Assembly (NCBI GenBank): GCA_937864225.1
Contig: CALMJK010000004.1
Location: 11,700 to 75,699, forward strand
Origin: an uncultured bacterium
GTDB taxonomy: Bacteria; Krumholzibacteriota; Krumholzibacteriia; LZORAL124-64-63
Reading direction: 5' to 3'
DNA length: 64,000 bases
Shown here: in pieces, positions 25,353-35,065 of the stretch
How positions within the stretch are numbered: the stretch's first letter is position 1
Layout: each line of letters begins with the position of its first letter
Notes under the pieces: model-generated
Told to the model about the DNA's origin: nothing
What the model saw: only the letters and a program-made list of their open reading frames with translations
The model's database searches: none
Position numbers and translations under genes: made by a program

Positions 25353-26864
25353 GTGGAACGCCGCGATCCGATCCTTCCCCGGGGCCTATGGCCGCTGCTC
25401 GTGTTGCTGGCGGCGGCGGCTATCTGGGCCGCGCTGGCCGGTCGCGATGAGCGGCGCTCGCGCGTCGGTCAGGCCGGCGCCGGCACGACGCTGATCGGTA
25501 TGACGCGGGACCGCGTCGATCTCCTGGCGGTCGATCTCGCGGATCGATCGCTCGAGTTGCGCCGCGGCCCCGACGGGTGGGCGTTCACCGGCGGCTTCGC
25601 CGATCGCATCGACGCCAACCGGGCGACCGATCTCGTACGGGAGCTGTGCGAGGCCCCCGCCGTGCCCCTGCTGCCGGGCGGCGGCGAATTCGACACCGTC
25701 GGCCTGGGTCTGTCGGGACACGAGTCCGTGCGGGCGATTCTCGGGGATCAGACGGGCCGGCGCGTCGAGTTGGTCGTCGGCCTGCGCAATCCGGTGCACG
25801 ACCTCTGCTACGCCCGCGTGGCAGGCCGCGAGGGCGCATGGGGCGTGGCGCCGCGCCTGCGGGTCCTGCTTCTCTCTCTGCCCAACGCGGTGCGCCTGCA
25901 GCGCCTGTGGCCGCTCTTCGACGTGGCGGGCGCGGACAGCGTCGCGCGCCATCTTGCGGGTGCGCCGCTGCCCGACCTGTTCGCGCGCGACGCCCGCGGC
26001 GCCTGGTGGGTGCGCGCGCCCGCGGCCGGCGTCGCCGGCGAAGGCGAGGGGTTCGCTGCATATGCCCGCATCTACGGCGATCGGGTCGAGCGCCGGGACG
26101 GTCACGTGTGGTGGCGCGCGCGCGATCGCGCGGTGCGCGAGTGGATTTTTCAGCTCGACGACGCGGTGCTGAGCGCGTTTGGCCTGCGCGACGCGCCGAT
26201 CGAGACGTTGCGCGCCCTTGGTCTCCGCCCGCCCCGCGCGTCGGTGCACGTCGCGCTGCGAAATGGCGACGAGATCGGCGCCGACTTCGGCGCCCCGGTC
26301 AGTCCAGGGCAAGTCGCTTGTTTGCGCGATGGTCGCCCCCACGTGTTGCATGCGCCGCAGGGCGTGAGCCAGCTGGCGCAACGGCCGTTGGCGACTTTTC
26401 TGAACGTGGACGTCCTCGCGTCGGGCGTCCAGGAAGCCGACTCGCTCTGCGTGGAGCGTCCGGCTGGCGACACGCTGCTGGCCAGGCGGCAGGGGCGCGC
26501 GTGGTCGGTTGACGGGCGATCGGAGGCGGTGGCCAGGCCGACGCCGGGCGAGCTGGCGCGGGATCTCGTGCTCAGCCTGGAGAGATTGGAGATCGTCGCT
26601 CCCCTGCCGCCCACGTTGAGCCAGGAGGAAGCCTTGCGGCCGCCCTTCGGCTACGTCGTGACGGTCTGGGGCGCGGGTCGTCCGCCTGCTGGAGAAATGG
26701 CGCAGTTCGGCCTGCCGGCGACGAACGGCGGCAGGGGCGAGGCGGACTCGTCAGCGGCGGTGGCTTGGTTCCCGGCTGACGGCAAGCGGCTGCTGATCGA
26801 CCGCCAGTTCCTCGTGAGCCTGCGCAATCTGTGCCTGTCGATCGCCGGCGACGGCAGCCCCTAG
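25353..26864 (+). CDS. DUF4340-like protein (partner of GldG-type ABC systems), N-terminal membrane anchor
   Basis: GTG start with AAGGAGGA SD right after GldFG stop (ORF track frame extends upstream as overlap artifact); hydrophobic N-terminus. Confidence 0.6.
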   Translation: MERRDPILPRGLWPLLVLLAAAAIWAALAGRDERRSRVGQAGAGTTLIGMTRDRVDLLAVDLADRSLELRRGPDGWAFTGGFADRIDANRATDLVRELCEAPAVPLLPGGGEFDTVGLGLSGHESVRAILGDQTGRRVELVVGLRNPVHDLCYARVAGREGAWGVAPRLRVLLLSLPNAVRLQRLWPLFDVAGADSVARHLAGAPLPDLFARDARGAWWVRAPAAGVAGEGEGFAAYARIYGDRVERRDGHVWWRARDRAVREWIFQLDDAVLSAFGLRDAPIETLRALGLRPPRASVHVALRNGDEIGADFGAPVSPGQVACLRDGRPHVLHAPQGVSQLAQRPLATFLNVDVLASGVQEADSLCVERPAGDTLLARRQGRAWSVDGRSEAVARPTPGELARDLVLSLERLEIVAPLPPTLSQEEALRPPFGYVVTVWGAGRPPAGEMAQFGLPATNGGRGEADSSAAVAWFPADGKRLLIDRQFLVSLRNLCLSIAGDGSP

Positions 26865-26869
26865 CCCGC

Positions 26870-28279
26870 TCAGCCGCCGGACCGCCATGACGTCGTGGCG
26901 GAGGGGGATGGCGGGAAGGCTCCGGATGCCCCGTGGTCGACCAACACCGTGGCGCCCGCCGGTTGGGCCCACCAGGGCGGGAAAAGCAGCGTCACGCTTT
27001 CGCAGCGCGCGCCGGCGTCGGCCACGGCCAGATTGTCGAGCGCCTGGCCATAGAGGGCGACGCTGGCCAGGAAGGGCTCCCGCTGCGCCGCCGCAATCGG
27101 CGGCGCGGTTTCCACGCGCAGCCGGCGCGGATCGATCCATTGTCCGTTCTGCTTGACGCGATAGTCGAGATGCGGCCCCGTTGCCCACCCGGACGCGCCG
27201 ACGTAGCCCAGCACCTGACCCTGTCTCACCCGGGCGCCGGCGCGGATTCCGCTGCCGAAGCGGGAAAGATGGAGATAGCTCGTTTCGAGCCCCTTGTAGT
27301 CGTGCCGGATCTTGACGTAGCGGCCGGCTCCCGTCTGCACGCTCGCCTCGACGATGGTGCCCGCGGCGGCGGCATGCACGGGCGTGCCCAGCGGGGCGGC
27401 ATAATCGATGCCGTAGTGCGGCATCCGCTTCTTGTGGATCGGGTGCAGTCGGCTGAGCGAGAAGTGGCTGCTGATGCGCGAGTACTCGACCGGCGTGCGC
27501 AGCATCGCGCGCAGCAGACTGGCGCCGTCGGGTGCGAACCAGCCGGGGTCGCCGGGTTTCGTCTCGAAACGGAACGCGCGGTGAGCCTTGTCTCGCGTCA
27601 CCAGCTCGAGCGCGTGGATCGCGCCGACGCGCACAAAACGACCCTCGCGCAGGACTTCCTCGTACAAAATGCGGAACGTGTCGCCGCGGCGCAGGTCGCG
27701 GCTGAAGTCGATATTCCAACCCAGCACGTCGTCCATTTTCACGGCCAGGATCAACGGCGCGGCGGCCTGCTGCAGGCTCTCGTAAAGCGACGCGTTGATC
27801 GTGCCGCTCACGCCGACCAGGCGTCGCTCGATCGGATGGCTCTTTTCCTCGACCGTGAACCCGGAGCCGTTCCAGACGAACGACAAATAGGATTCCTCGT
27901 CCAGGTCGAAGCTGATGCCGCGCAAGGAGCCGTCGGGGCCCTGCGTCACGCGAAAGATCTCTCCGCGGCGCACGCGGCTGAGATTGCGGTAGGGGCGGCA
28001 TGTCTCGACCAGCGCGCGGAATTGATCGTGGGGCACGCCCAACCGGCGCATGGCGTCGTGGAAGGTTTCGTTGCGGTCGATCGCGACGGCCAGCTCTACG
28101 CCCGCGCCGACCAGATCGGCCGCGCGGGCGGCGACTGGTCTGAGCGCCGCTTCGCCGAGGCTGTCCAAGTGGGCGAGCAGGTCCAGACTCGCCCCGGCCA
28201 CGGCCAAAGGCCGGTCACTGGGCGGTCGGGGCGCGACCACGCCGTACACGACCGCGGCCAGGGCGGCGGCGGCCAGCAA
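26870..28279 (-). CDS. M23-family metallopeptidase (Csd3/OapA-like) with N-terminal membrane anchor
   Basis: HxxxD and HLH motifs (HYGIDYAAPLGTPV, GPHLDY), 469 aa, TTG start. Confidence 0.85.
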   Translation of the reverse strand: MLAAAALAAVVYGVVAPRPPSDRPLAVAGASLDLLAHLDSLGEAALRPVAARAADLVGAGVELAVAIDRNETFHDAMRRLGVPHDQFRALVETCRPYRNLSRVRRGEIFRVTQGPDGSLRGISFDLDEESYLSFVWNGSGFTVEEKSHPIERRLVGVSGTINASLYESLQQAAAPLILAVKMDDVLGWNIDFSRDLRRGDTFRILYEEVLREGRFVRVGAIHALELVTRDKAHRAFRFETKPGDPGWFAPDGASLLRAMLRTPVEYSRISSHFSLSRLHPIHKKRMPHYGIDYAAPLGTPVHAAAAGTIVEASVQTGAGRYVKIRHDYKGLETSYLHLSRFGSGIRAGARVRQGQVLGYVGASGWATGPHLDYRVKQNGQWIDPRRLRVETAPPIAAAQREPFLASVALYGQALDNLAVADAGARCESVTLLFPPWWAQPAGATVLVDHGASGAFPPSPSATTSWRSGG

Positions 28280-28460
28280 GCCAGGAATGGATTGCGAAAT
28301 GCGACGGAACAGGACTTAGCCTCCTCGCTTCGGCGGATTTGGCATAAAATGGTCCATAAGCGCTCCGCCGGGCAAGACTTTTGTCAGATCTGCTTCATAC
28401 GGCACGAATTTGGCAAGAGTTCCCGGCCGGAATTGATTTCTCCGGCGGAGGTTGTCGCCC

Positions 28461-30485
28461 ATGAAAAGCCATTTTCTCTTTTGCATCGTGGCGCTGCTGG
28501 CCGCGGCGGCCTCGCCGCTGTCGGCGGGTGTGCTCCAGGGGGAGTCGTCGCAGCCCACGGGTCGTTTCGGCAGCGCGGTGAGCGAGCTTGAGGACCTTGA
28601 CGGCGACGGTTTCTGGGAAATCCTGGTCGGGGCGCCCGAACACGACGCCACCGGGACCAACGACGGCAAGGTGTATCTGTGGCTGGGCGGTCCGACCATG
28701 GCGGCGTCGGCCTGGCACACCTTCCCTGGCGACAACAACGAGCAGTTCGGCTTCGCGGTCGCGCGGGTGGGCGACGTGAATGGCGACGGGCAGCCCGACT
28801 TCGCAGTCGGCGCTCCGCGCTACAGCCTCACCGGCGCCGACCGGGGCCGCGTCTATGTCTTCTTCGGTTCCGCTGATCCGCCGACTTCCTGGGAACCCGC
28901 GGCCGTGCTCGAGTGTCCGAGCGCGACGAGCGGCCCGCAGTTCGGCTTCGCGGTCGCCGCGGCCGGCGATTTCAACGGCGACGGAATCGACGACCTGATC
29001 GTCGGGGCGCCTTTCGACGATACGATCGCCCTCGACGCCGGTTCCTCGTGGATCTTCTATGGCGACTCGTCCGTCGCGCAGCTCCAGACGCCCGATCTGC
29101 AGTTGTCGGGAGCCTTGGCGTACGACCATTTCGGCTGGTCGGTGAGCGACGTTCCTGACTTTTTCAACGATGGGAACGCCGCGGTCGTCGTGGGGGCGCC
29201 GGCCAACGGCGGCGTGAGCACGGACGCCGGTCTGGCGTACGTTTTCCGCGGCACCTCGTCGCCCTCGCCGGGACCCGACGCGGTCGCCGACGTCGTGCTC
29301 CAGAGCGCGGCGGCAGGCGCGGCCGACAACTGGTTCGGGTATTGCGCACGCGGCCTCGGCGATTGGGATGGCGATGGCGATGGCGATATCGCCGTCGGCA
29401 TTCCACAGGACGATGTGAACGGACTGCATGCAGGGCGCGTCGAGGTCTTTTTCGGGGGCACGACGCCGGACGGCGTCGCCGACCGCTACGCGGGCGGCGC
29501 CGACGGTGGCGATCTCTTCGGCTGGTCAATCGCCGACGCGGGCGACGCCACGGGCGATGCCCGCGCGGACGTGCTGATCGGGGCCCCGGGCGTGGCCGTC
29601 GAGGGAACCGGGGCGGGTCGGGCTTACTTGTTCGCCGGGGGATCGAGCGACGCGAACACTCCCGACGCGCTGGACCGGACGTTCTTGCCCGGCGGCACGG
29701 AGGTCGGCACCGCGGCCGGAGACGCTTACGGCGTTTGTGTCTCAGCAGCCGGCCTGCTCGACGCCGATGCCCTGGTCGACCTGGCGGTGGGCGCTCCCAC
29801 GGGCAACGTGGCCACCGGCGCGGTGTCGGGCTACGTGAGGCTCCACGGGAGCGCGGGTGAGATCGTGCCGGCTCTCTTGCAGTCCTGGGAGGCTTTCTGG
29901 ACCCGAGATGGCGCGGTCAGGCTGGTCTTCGCCCTGGCTGAGCCGCAGGCTGGCTTTGCCTGGCTCGCGCTCTGGCGCGAGACGCTCTCCGCCGACGGCG
30001 AAACGATGGATCGCAGCCTGTCGTGCGAGGGCGCGCCGGGCGCGGGGACTCTGCCGTTGGCCACGGTGGGGACCGCCTGGACGCTCACCGACCACCCCGC
30101 CCTGCTGCCGGCTGGCGCCTCGCTGGCTTATGCCCTGGTGCTGACCAGCCAGGAAGGCAAAACAGTCGAGTTGGCGGGCCTCGCTGGCCCGCGGTCCCTG
30201 GAGCCGGTGGCGATCGAATTGTTGCCTCCATCTCCAAATCCTTTTAATCCAATAACTTCCATCGTTTTTCGAGCCGCGGCGGGGGAGCATGTGGCCTGCC
30301 GCGTGTATGATCTGCGGGGGCGCCGCGTCGCGACGCTGCAGGAGGGCGTGGGAACCGGTCTGTGGCAGCGCGTGGTATGGGACGGGCACGATGCCCGCGG
30401 CCGGACCCTGCCGGCGGGGGCCTACGCCATCCGGGCCGAATCTCAGGGGCGGGTAGCCGGAGCGATCGTGATGCTGGCCAAGTAA
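28461..30485 (+). CDS. secreted FG-GAP (integrin-alpha-like beta-propeller) repeat protein with C-terminal T9SS/FlgD-Ig-like sorting domain
   Basis: Signal peptide, 6-7 FG-GAP repeats (FGxAVAxxGDxNGDGxxDxxVGAP), C-terminal NPFNP...YDLRGRRVATL...WDGHD...G.Y domain; ATG 28461 preferred over TTG 28452 (GGAGG SD). Confidence 0.85.
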   Translation: MKSHFLFCIVALLAAAASPLSAGVLQGESSQPTGRFGSAVSELEDLDGDGFWEILVGAPEHDATGTNDGKVYLWLGGPTMAASAWHTFPGDNNEQFGFAVARVGDVNGDGQPDFAVGAPRYSLTGADRGRVYVFFGSADPPTSWEPAAVLECPSATSGPQFGFAVAAAGDFNGDGIDDLIVGAPFDDTIALDAGSSWIFYGDSSVAQLQTPDLQLSGALAYDHFGWSVSDVPDFFNDGNAAVVVGAPANGGVSTDAGLAYVFRGTSSPSPGPDAVADVVLQSAAAGAADNWFGYCARGLGDWDGDGDGDIAVGIPQDDVNGLHAGRVEVFFGGTTPDGVADRYAGGADGGDLFGWSIADAGDATGDARADVLIGAPGVAVEGTGAGRAYLFAGGSSDANTPDALDRTFLPGGTEVGTAAGDAYGVCVSAAGLLDADALVDLAVGAPTGNVATGAVSGYVRLHGSAGEIVPALLQSWEAFWTRDGAVRLVFALAEPQAGFAWLALWRETLSADGETMDRSLSCEGAPGAGTLPLATVGTAWTLTDHPALLPAGASLAYALVLTSQEGKTVELAGLAGPRSLEPVAIELLPPSPNPFNPITSIVFRAAAGEHVACRVYDLRGRRVATLQEGVGTGLWQRVVWDGHDARGRTLPAGAYAIRAESQGRVAGAIVMLAK

Positions 30486-30509
30486 TTGCCTCTACGAACG
30501 CTTGATTCC

Positions 30510-30548
30510 GGGGACCACCCTTTCGCTTCCAGGGGTGGTCCCCTTTTT
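30510..30548 (+). terminator. rho-independent terminator
   Basis: 11-bp stem GGGGACCACCC/GGGTGGTCCCC, 12-nt loop, then TTTTT. Confidence 0.8.
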
Positions 30549-30556
30549 GCACCGCC

Positions 30557-32248
30557 GTGCACCGGTTCCATCCGCCGGCGCCGGAGGGCATGGTTTTGCA
30601 CGGCGATCGGCGCGCGTCCGCGCTTCCTGCAAGGGGCGGCATTTTGAAGGGCCGGGACGACACGGAAAGCGGGATCGTTCTGATCGACCCAGCGGCGGCC
30701 ACTCCCGCGCCGGGCTCGGAAGCTGCGGGCTCGCCGCCCGCAGATCTCAAGATCTTCGTCACGGTGTTCTGCGCTCTTCTGCAGCAGGCCGTTAAGGTCG
30801 GCTGGATAGCGCGCGAGACGGTGGAAGGGACGCGCGCCGTGGCGCGGCTCGCGGCCGACTTGCACCGGCGAGCGGGCGGCTTCTCGCTGGCGGTGGGCAA
30901 GGATCACTTCCGGCATTGCGAATCGGGCGCTCGCCTGGCGGCCAGCGGGCGGGCCCTGCTGCAGCTGCTGCGCCTGTTTCACCGTCGCGGGCTGAGCGAA
31001 GTGCGCTTCGCGGCCAGTGTCACGCCGCTGGGGATCAAGAACCTGGCCCGGGCCCTGATCGAGCCGGACTGCGACCTCGCCGCGGTGCTGCCGCGAGACT
31101 GCGGGATCGAGACCTTCTCATCGCGCGGGGACGCTCCCACCGTCGTCATCCTGCACCAAGACGGCACGGAGGAGCCGGCCGACGCGCTGCGCGTGCCATT
31201 GGTTGTGCGAGATCGCGTCACGGATCCGCTGGCGCGCTTCAACGTCCCCGTGCCGCCGTCCAAAGCGCGCGCGGGGCTCGGGGCGGCCCCGGAGGTCGCG
31301 GTGAGTTGGTCGCCGCTGCCGCGCGCGCCGGCTCTCGAGTGCAAGGTCCAGCAGGTCTGCAAGGAGAACGACATCATCCGCGAGGCGGTCGCGCGCATGG
31401 CGAACGGCGGCGAACACCCGCTTCGTCCCGCCATCCTGACCGTCATCGATGCCATGGAGCAGCACGAACACTTGCTTCTCATGCTCGCCTCGCTGCGGCA
31501 GCACGATCTGTACACGTTCAACCACAGCTGCAACGTGGCGCTTCTGGCCACGACGATTGCCCGCTACCTGGGCGTGGCGGGCGTGGACCTGCAGCAGTTC
31601 GCCGCCGCGGCGCTGCTGCACGACATCGGAAAGCTCTACACGCCGTTGGCGGTCTTGAACAAATCGGGCAAATTCACGCCCGACGAGTGGAAGACGATGC
31701 GACGTCACCCCGTCGAGGGCATGGAGATCCTGATCGGCGCGGGTTTCGAGAACGAATACAGCGAACATGTGACGCTGATGCATCATGTTTCATTCGACGG
31801 CAGCGGGTATCCCACGCTGCCCAGCGCGGCCGCGGACCTCCACTCTCAAATCGTGCAGGTCGCGGACATATACGACGCCTTCACGACGATCCGGCCGTAC
31901 CGCCAGCAGGCGCGCCCGCGCGAGGTGCTGCAAGTGATGCAGGAAGAGGCGGGCAAGCAGTTCAATCCGGCCGTCGTGCAGGCCGTGGTCAGGCTCATGG
32001 GGGAGACCCCGATCGGCGCGGTGGTCAAGCTCGACAACGGGCAACTCGGCCTGGTCGCGGACATGGGTTCGACGCTCGACAACCGCCCCCTGGTGCGCCT
32101 GATCCAGGACGAGTTCGGCAACCGCCCGCAGACGCCGACCCTGCTCGACCTGTCGGCGCGTCGGCCCAAGACCGGCGAGTACGCCATCGACATCGTGGAG
32201 CTCGTGGATCCGGTCATCCGCAACATTCCGATCGGTCGCTACATCTGA
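30557..32248 (+). CDS. HD-GYP domain c-di-GMP phosphodiesterase with ~300-aa uncharacterised N-terminal domain
   Basis: HD motif (LLHDIGK) and HHVSFDGSGYP HD-GYP signature in C-terminal half. Confidence 0.85.
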   Translation: MHRFHPPAPEGMVLHGDRRASALPARGGILKGRDDTESGIVLIDPAAATPAPGSEAAGSPPADLKIFVTVFCALLQQAVKVGWIARETVEGTRAVARLAADLHRRAGGFSLAVGKDHFRHCESGARLAASGRALLQLLRLFHRRGLSEVRFAASVTPLGIKNLARALIEPDCDLAAVLPRDCGIETFSSRGDAPTVVILHQDGTEEPADALRVPLVVRDRVTDPLARFNVPVPPSKARAGLGAAPEVAVSWSPLPRAPALECKVQQVCKENDIIREAVARMANGGEHPLRPAILTVIDAMEQHEHLLLMLASLRQHDLYTFNHSCNVALLATTIARYLGVAGVDLQQFAAAALLHDIGKLYTPLAVLNKSGKFTPDEWKTMRRHPVEGMEILIGAGFENEYSEHVTLMHHVSFDGSGYPTLPSAAADLHSQIVQVADIYDAFTTIRPYRQQARPREVLQVMQEEAGKQFNPAVVQAVVRLMGETPIGAVVKLDNGQLGLVADMGSTLDNRPLVRLIQDEFGNRPQTPTLLDLSARRPKTGEYAIDIVELVDPVIRNIPIGRYI

Positions 32249-32301
32249 AAGCCCGCTCCGCCAGGTTGTGCTAAGCTCGGCCTCGCGGGAGGCAGGACCG
32301 C

Positions 32302-33303
32302 TTGGACGTGATTCCCCAGTTCGAGTTGCACACCCACGTGGAAGGCGCGCTCACGCCGGCCCGTCTGGAGGCGCTGAGCGGGAGGCACGGCCGAACCGTC
32401 GAGCTGGGCGCGCGCCAGCTGCGCGCCGACCGGCTGTTCGATTTCACGGATTTCCACGGATTTCTGCGCTGCTATCGCGACGCGACCGCCTTCCTGAGCA
32501 CCCCGCTGGACTACGCGGACGTCGCCCACGATCTCGTGGCGATGCTCGTCGCCGACGGCGTCGTTCACTGCGAGGCGTCCGTATCCTACGGCGTTCTGCT
32601 GTGGCGCGGAATCAACCCGGAGCCGATCCAGGCGGCGTTGTGGGAGGTGGCGCAAGAGGCGCGGGAGCGGCACGATATGACCCTGCGGTTCATCCCCGAC
32701 GCGGTCCGGCAGTTCGGCGTTGAGCCGGCGCGCCGGGTGCTCGAAGCGGCGCTGCGCGCCGGCTGGCAGCGCGGCGTGGTGGGCTTCGGCATCGGCGGCG
32801 ACGAAATGTCGCGGCCGGCCGCCGAGTTCGCGCGGGTGTGCGAGGAGGCGCGCGAGGCCGGTCTGGGCGTGACGATCCACGCCGGCGAAGTGGGGGGCGC
32901 CGAGCAGGTGAGGGACGCGGTGTCATCGTGCGGCGCGACGCGGATCGGACACGGCATCGGGGCAGTGCTCGGACCGGTCGGCCCCGACGGCGCGCGGGTG
33001 GAACCGGCACCGGCAGAGGTCGAGGCGACCCTCGCCCTGCTGCGATCCAGGCGCGTGTTCATCGAGCTGTGCCCCGGCGCCAATCGTCGTCTGAACCTCG
33101 TCCCCGCCGGTCGCACCTGGCCCTGGGGCCGCTTCCTGGAGGCAGGCGTGCCGTGCGCCCTCAACACCGACGACCGCGGTTTCTTCGGACTGGACCTCAG
33201 GGGAGAGTACGCGCGCGCCGCAGCGGAAGGCGGTTTCAGCCCTCAGACCGCCCAGCAGTGTCGGGAGGCGGCCAGGCGGGCGGCGTTCGCGGCGCCCCTG
33301 TGA
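32302..33303 (+). CDS. adenosine/adenine deaminase family metallohydrolase
   Basis: ELHTHVEG (HxH), TIHAGE, NTDD motifs. Confidence 0.8.
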   Translation: MDVIPQFELHTHVEGALTPARLEALSGRHGRTVELGARQLRADRLFDFTDFHGFLRCYRDATAFLSTPLDYADVAHDLVAMLVADGVVHCEASVSYGVLLWRGINPEPIQAALWEVAQEARERHDMTLRFIPDAVRQFGVEPARRVLEAALRAGWQRGVVGFGIGGDEMSRPAAEFARVCEEAREAGLGVTIHAGEVGGAEQVRDAVSSCGATRIGHGIGAVLGPVGPDGARVEPAPAEVEATLALLRSRRVFIELCPGANRRLNLVPAGRTWPWGRFLEAGVPCALNTDDRGFFGLDLRGEYARAAAEGGFSPQTAQQCREAARRAAFAAPL

Positions 33304-33313
33304 AGCAGGAGAA

Positions 33314-35011
33314 TCAGCCCGCGCCCAACTCCCTCAGCCGTTGGACCTCCGGCGCGATCTGTTCGTCCTCGATGCGCGGAAAGAGGATTTCGGCCTTCCC
33401 CACCGGGCGGCCCGCCGGCAAGGGGCGCTTGCCCTCGACGCAGCCGCCGCGGAACAGATCGCTCTCCATGCCGAGCCAGGCCCACACTTTCGCAGCGGCG
33501 AACGGCGTGACCGGCGCAAGCATCAGGGTGAGCAGCCGCACGATCTGGAAGGCGACGCCCAGACTCTGGGCGCAGCGGACGGGGTCGTCCTTGCGGGTGC
33601 GGAACGGCGCGGACTCGTCGAAGTAGCGGTTTCCCGCCTTGCCGGCCTGGAACATGGCCTCGACCGCGTCCTTGAAGTCGAACGTCTGCACGCACTCCGT
33701 GAAGCGGTCCAGGCACGCGGCCACCTCGCCGATCGCGGCGCGATCGACCTGGGTCATCGCCGACTCGGACCATGACGGGACCCGCCCGTCGAAGTATTTG
33801 TGGGCGAAGGCGAAGACGCGGTTGATCAGGTTGCCGAAGTTGTTCCCCAGCTCGTTGTTGTTGCGCGCCTGGAACCCCTCCCACGAAAAATCGGTGTCGC
33901 GTGCCTCGGGCAGATTGCGCGCCAGGGCGTAGCGCAGCGCATCGGCGGGGAACTTCGCCAGGTAGTCGGGGAGCCAGACGGCGTAGCCGCGGCTCGTCGA
34001 CAGCTTGTTCCCCTCGAGGTTGAGGAACTCGTTGGCCGGCACATTTTCGGGCAGCACGTACGGCTCGCTGTGCGCCATCAGCATGGCGGGGAACATGATG
34101 GCGTGGAAGACGATGTTGTCTTTGCCGATGAAGTGGATCAGGCGCGTGTCGGCGCCCTGCCACCAGGTCCGCCAGGCCTCCGGCGCGCCTTGCTCCGCCG
34201 CCCACTCGCGGGTCGCGGAGATGTAGCCAATGGGCGCGTCGAACCAGACGTAGAGCACCTTCCCGTCGTGGTCCGGCAGCGGGACAGGCACGCCCCACGG
34301 TAAGTCGCGCGTGACGGCCCGGTCGTCGAGTCCCTGCTCGAACCAGCCGCGGCAATAGTTCAGGACGTTCTCCTTCCAGTGCGTCTTGCCGGCCAGCCAG
34401 GCCTGCAGGCGCGGTTGCCAGTCGCCAAGCGGCAGGAACCAGTGCCGCGTGGCGCGGGTCTCGGGCGAGTGTCCGCAGGTCGCGCAGCGCGGCTCGACGA
34501 GCTCGACTTGGTTGAGCGCCGTACCGCACTTTTCGCACTGGTCGCCGCGGGCTCCCGGCTTGCCGCAGCGCGGACACGTTCCCTCGACGTACCGGTCGGC
34601 GAGGAAGCGCGCGCAGGTCGCGCAGAAGAATTGGTCCGTGGTTTTTTGCTTCAGCAGACCGCGGCCATGGAGGTCGAGGAAGAAGGCACGGCTCGTTTCG
34701 GCGTGAATCGGCCGGCTCGTCTGCGAAAAATTGTCGAAGGCGATGCCCAGCGCGACGAACGAGCCACGGATCGACGCGTGGTTGCGATCCACGAACTCCT
34801 TGTACGGCACGCCGAGCGCCTCGGCGGTCTTGGTGATGGGCACGCCGTACTCGTCGGTGCCGCAGATGAACAAGACGTCGCGCCCGAGCAACCGCAGCGT
34901 GCGAACGTAGATGTCGGCTGGCAGGTAGGCACCGGCAAGATGGCCGAGGTGCAGGTCGCCGTTGGCGTACGGCAGCGCGGCGGTGACGAGCGTGCGCGGC
35001 GGTCTGGTCAA
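33314..35011 (-). CDS. metG: methionine--tRNA ligase
   Basis: HLGH and KLSTS-like motifs, Zn knuckle CPRC...CEKC, 565 aa. Confidence 0.94.
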   Translation of the reverse strand: MTRPPRTLVTAALPYANGDLHLGHLAGAYLPADIYVRTLRLLGRDVLFICGTDEYGVPITKTAEALGVPYKEFVDRNHASIRGSFVALGIAFDNFSQTSRPIHAETSRAFFLDLHGRGLLKQKTTDQFFCATCARFLADRYVEGTCPRCGKPGARGDQCEKCGTALNQVELVEPRCATCGHSPETRATRHWFLPLGDWQPRLQAWLAGKTHWKENVLNYCRGWFEQGLDDRAVTRDLPWGVPVPLPDHDGKVLYVWFDAPIGYISATREWAAEQGAPEAWRTWWQGADTRLIHFIGKDNIVFHAIMFPAMLMAHSEPYVLPENVPANEFLNLEGNKLSTSRGYAVWLPDYLAKFPADALRYALARNLPEARDTDFSWEGFQARNNNELGNNFGNLINRVFAFAHKYFDGRVPSWSESAMTQVDRAAIGEVAACLDRFTECVQTFDFKDAVEAMFQAGKAGNRYFDESAPFRTRKDDPVRCAQSLGVAFQIVRLLTLMLAPVTPFAAAKVWAWLGMESDLFRGGCVEGKRPLPAGRPVGKAEILFPRIEDEQIAPEVQRLRELGAG

Positions 35012-35065
35012 GAGGGCCTCCCGGCCGGGGGGAAAGCGCCCGGGCGGGCGCGACGGTGGCCCAAA

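Noticed and set aside
28280-28450. Possible sigma54-like TTGGCA motifs in the M23/FG-GAP divergent spacer
   Set aside because: No TTGC -12 element at correct spacing; likely an ordinary divergent sigma70 promoter region.
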